Source: an uncultured Bacilli bacterium (GTDB taxonomy: Bacteria; Bacillota_I; Bacilli_A; RF39; UBA660). From it: DNA of 64,000 bases. Position numbers and translations under genes: made by a program. The DNA is taken from contig CANQBE010000002.1 in assembly GCA_947589515.1 (NCBI GenBank), positions 114 through 64,113 of the forward strand. The letters run 5' to 3'. The notes beneath the pieces were generated by a model that searched no databases, was not told the DNA's origin, and saw only the letters and a program-made list of their open reading frames with translations. Shown here in pieces: positions 62,201 to 64,000 of the stretch; within the stretch, counting starts at the first letter, position 1; every line of letters starts with the position of its first letter.

Positions 62201-62888
62201 GAAAAAGGGAAACATCTTGATAATAAAAAAGCGACAACAACATAGATAAAGAAACAATGTCATTTGCATTCTTATGATAAATTTCACTATCTTTATTTAA
62301 TGACAAAAATAAAACTTTATAAATTTTAGAAGCCGTTTCAAAATAGGAAATAATATGATTAGGTACATGATTATAAATCGAATTTTCTATTTGAATAATA
62401 CGATTTTGTTTGATTTGAGAACTATATTTTGTCAGTTGATTATATAAATTATCTGCACGTATCTTATCATGAAATATATACTTAAAAATTCTATCGCTTA
62501 CAGTTTTATCCAACTGGTATTTTCTTAAAAAAACTAAAACAATATCAATAGGTGTAAGATTACGAAAAACGGTTGGATCATTATCTGTTAAAATATCATC
62601 CATACAATGAAAAACTTCTTGCCTTATGATATTTTTTTCCTCAATTTTTTTACTATTAATTTTATATAAACTCCTATCAAAGTCCAATTGTACTAACAAA
62701 TTATGATAAATAGGATTCTCAGATAAAACATATAAACTTAAAAAAAGTTTCTTATTGGTATCATTACTAGAAATTATTTCTTTATACTCTAATTCGCGGT
62801 CAGAATAATAAGATAAGTAAGGTAATAAAGAATCAACAAAAATTTTTGTTTCCTCAGGTACTAGTTCCATAAATTCTTGATATTCCAT
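59262..62888 (-). CDS. large (1208 aa) uncharacterised cytoplasmic protein built from at least five Clp_N-like double-repeat units, with a Q/N-rich coiled-coil C-terminal third
   Basis: Recurrent pairs of the form [FTAKTYQLLLE / FETASKIYKVLFL / LENVSKVHQALL] followed about 25 aa later by [DTLALYIANCYFHGD / IVSLSMLLSLFYYQD / KVYSLLLGILYLQED / IERLSFLLALRIQNAS]. These resemble the two half-repeats of the Clp N-terminal (R) domain, as in EHLLLALL...G.A..IL...GV. No TM helices and no enzymatic motifs. It has its own terminator. Confidence 0.6.
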   Translation of the reverse strand: MEYQEFMELVPEETKIFVDSLLPYLSYYSDRELEYKEIISSNDTNKKLFLSLYVLSENPIYHNLLVQLDFDRSLYKINSKKIEEKNIIRQEVFHCMDDILTDNDPTVFRNLTPIDIVLVFLRKYQLDKTVSDRIFKYIFHDKIRADNLYNQLTKYSSQIKQNRIIQIENSIYNHVPNHIISYFETASKIYKVLFLSLNKDSEIYHKNANDIVSLSMLLSLFYYQDVSLFPENSLTEKQIIESLFKLRKITAPSIMNKLSIQFNLSAIQSTPKDIFVIQDYLIRYYQDLVNQKNDESNIMVSEIVEKLFDHNYTNSFAIDKILTSFGFPIQYFSNLHEQVETEIKNQKQQLDMDFIHSFYKNLSHDTRVFIEFTAKTYQLLLEKMKTNTHNKELLSGEDDADTLALYIANCYFHGDVDRFFQMYGVTLQKVLELLNISISKEEIEKVQLNQKILVERFHRFVYEGINQSKTNITINDIVMNLCNRDFNQSMIMENVFESITEKMNLDIDFYHQLKEVFIQKELSRKEKVQQKLFQDMPRETINYLENVSKVHQALLCCKDININQKDIKVYSLLLGILYLQEDNISLFFRSLEFDSSKIYSYLSNKIKTYPLHFNQYEIDVDLLSNQYGMYIFGGKNQNKSRKELTIKAIASNIFNQELNNSISIAKFLNKFHHSYEEFEDFDSLYEKWQNTKRENDRLEAIKQSILKYNSIVSDYIFMVLRIHYMIKRELESGKIQQTLIQTDDDIERLSFLLALRIQNASSWQFFEQRGLTTEKILHQCGLRLDLLDNVAREFLDYDIFETNYQKYFVEDSRLLEPKNVTIPYLTKKIFDSSTNHSQILEKICTNLDIRYDILQLEVENDKPYEQILSIDQRIQLLSNEQVSHIDLSDITNILNFGNSLVIHSNYIHNELPKLVLSDTHDSAIQEMNHMIENAYSIESLEDSKKSFWSKIFHTQENQESQMVFDSEKIKKIQQTIEQNIETLSKEIVGYDNIRKYIEIYRQKNNTHFLIAQEAEKKIQEKLQNIDPEQDNQYSEFLVTNSQLQMIHNKVNRFATTNQLMRQELLSINQTIVNHFITINALEMARDDLMPLIGSELAISQGRITEGQGMELTKNVMSLFQTLLSRNLSGALVQMQQLQNHLISSDTLAILNGDIKHYLNEVNQAQNIQNRVETLATDQISLDVDFNLTEKSPLENGSSDSTSQKKLKK

Positions 62889-62980
62889 AATTTTGCTCCT
62901 TCATAAAATGACTGTATGATATCACAGAATCTTGTTTTTATCAATAAAATTTAATACAAACAAACTACCCTGTTATCATC

Positions 62981-63430
62981 TTAGTTTCCATTTAATTTTT
63001 CACGAATCATGTTAGACACAATCCCCATATCTGCTTTTCCCTTTACAAGAGGGGTAATTTTTCCCATAACCTTTCCCATATCCTTGATACCAGTAGGATT
63101 CATTTCGATAAAAACTTGATCAATAATAGTCTGTAATTCTTCTTGAGATAATTGTTCTGGTAAATATTTATTTAAAATCTCAATTTCCAATTTGGTTTTA
63201 TCGATTAAATCTTGTCTAGCACCTTTTTCAAATTCCTTAATAGATTCATTTCTAGTTTTAATTTCTTTAGATACTACCTCAATTAATAATTCATCATTGA
63301 TTTCTTTCTTATAATCAATACTCTGCAATTTCATAGCTCCTTTTACACCACGAAGAGTTGCAAGGCGAATACTATCCTTTGCTTTCATAGCCTCTATAAT
63401 ATCTTGATCTAATTCTTTTACTAAATCCAT
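62981..63430 (-). CDS. yqeY: GatB/YqeY-domain protein
   Basis: A 149-aa helical protein in the conserved position downstream of rpsU; composition typical of YqeY. Confidence 0.75.
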   Translation of the reverse strand: MDLVKELDQDIIEAMKAKDSIRLATLRGVKGAMKLQSIDYKKEINDELLIEVVSKEIKTRNESIKEFEKGARQDLIDKTKLEIEILNKYLPEQLSQEELQTIIDQVFIEMNPTGIKDMGKVMGKITPLVKGKADMGIVSNMIREKLNGN

Positions 63431-63469
63431 AAATTTTCCTCCTTTGATAGAAAAAGACTAATACAACGA

Positions 63470-63670
63470 TTAGTCTCTGTTTTTATTTGCTTTGTTACGT
63501 TTACGAGTATTTTTAATGCCCTCTTTTTTAGCATTTCTTCTTTTTACTCCTGGTTTATCGTAACCTTCTCTTTTCTTGCATTCAGAAGGGACTCCATCTC
63601 TAGCTACTTTTTGCTTAAATTTTTTTAGTGCAAATTCAAGATTTCCATTTTTAACCGCTACCTGTGTCAT
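63470..63670 (-). CDS. rpsU: 30S ribosomal protein S21
   Basis: MTQVAVKNGNLEFALKKFKQKVARDG...KKREGYDKPGVKRRNAKK matches S21. ATG at 63670 follows AGGAGGGG; the ORF track starts further upstream. Confidence 0.85.
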   Translation of the reverse strand: MTQVAVKNGNLEFALKKFKQKVARDGVPSECKKREGYDKPGVKRRNAKKEGIKNTRKRNKANKNRD

Positions 63671-63745
63671 TATTTCCCCTCCTTCCACATATTTACTAAA
63701 TTAGATTATAACGCAAGTCTATACATTTTTCAACATTTTTTTAAT

Positions 63746-64000
63746 TTAAATTGTAACATTTGTTGGTTTATTCTTACTAAGAAGACAAAGTTTTAATTCT
63801 TTTTTCTTAGACATACATTTGTTTTTGATATCGATTTGCTCTTCGTAAGGAAGATTTTCAGCTCTTTTCATCAAACAATCCAACAATTTTAACACTTCAT
63901 CATAATAGGAACTATCATGAAGCAAATCACATACCGTCTTTTTAGTAGTATCATCAATCGTATCTAACCATTGTAATTCAGAATCTGTTAATGGGATATT
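63746..64000 (-). CDS. C-terminal fragment (84 aa) of an unidentified gene running off the window end
   Basis: Open frame on the minus strand from the window edge to the TAA at 63746-63748. No start in the window and no recognisable motif. Confidence 0.35.
   Translation of the reverse strand, partial: NIPLTDSELQWLDTIDDTTKKTVCDLLHDSSYYDEVLKLLDCLMKRAENLPYEEQIDIKNKCMSKKKELKLCLLSKNKPTNVTI

Overview
This is a very AT-rich (about 27% GC) Firmicutes-type chromosomal segment read with the standard genetic code: conserved genes such as dnaK and alaS have no in-frame TGA. No rRNA, tRNA or CRISPR array was seen. The gene content points to a sporulating low-GC Erysipelotrichia- or Clostridia-like organism, with spoIVB, spoIIM-like, yqfC, yqfD and ylbJ all present.

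Before about 28 kb most genes are on the plus strand:
- hrcA-grpE-dnaK, preceded by a CIRCE element, with pepF and then dnaJ.
- rarA and a GspE/ComGA-like ATPase on the minus strand, facing two prepilin-like genes.
- ylbJ/ylbL.
- A hypothetical gene immediately upstream of mutS, with no mutL following.
- nusB-xseA-xseB-spoIVB.
- A short accessory stretch: small membrane proteins, a 30-aa micro-ORF, a spoIIM-like gene, mnmA, an XRE HTH gene, a stop-interrupted HelD-like helicase, an AT-rich spacer and a DUF1540 gene.

After about 28 kb most genes are on the minus strand:
- deoB-xerD.
- A block running from a CBS-pyrophosphatase gene through DUF368, uppP, a ZIP transporter, lepA, hemW, an HD-domain gene and a tmk-like gene.
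- pheST behind a Phe T-box.
- holA, alaS, a dNMP-kinase-like gene and a GNAT gene behind a second, variant T-box.
- An AI-2E transporter, two YfhO paralogs across the window, and recO-era-cdd-dgkA-ybeY.
- A VanZ-like gene, yqfD-yqfC, a 1208-aa uncharacterized protein with Clp_N-like repeats, yqeY and rpsU.

The most notable observations:
- A candidate dif site at 27631-27658, which coincides with the coding-strand switch. Together with the neighbouring xerD this suggests the replication terminus lies in this window.
- An HTH gene followed by a HelD-like helicase that carries an inserted DUF559/Vsr-like endonuclease module and a single in-frame stop.
- The 1208-aa protein, which is built from about five Clp_N-like double repeats.
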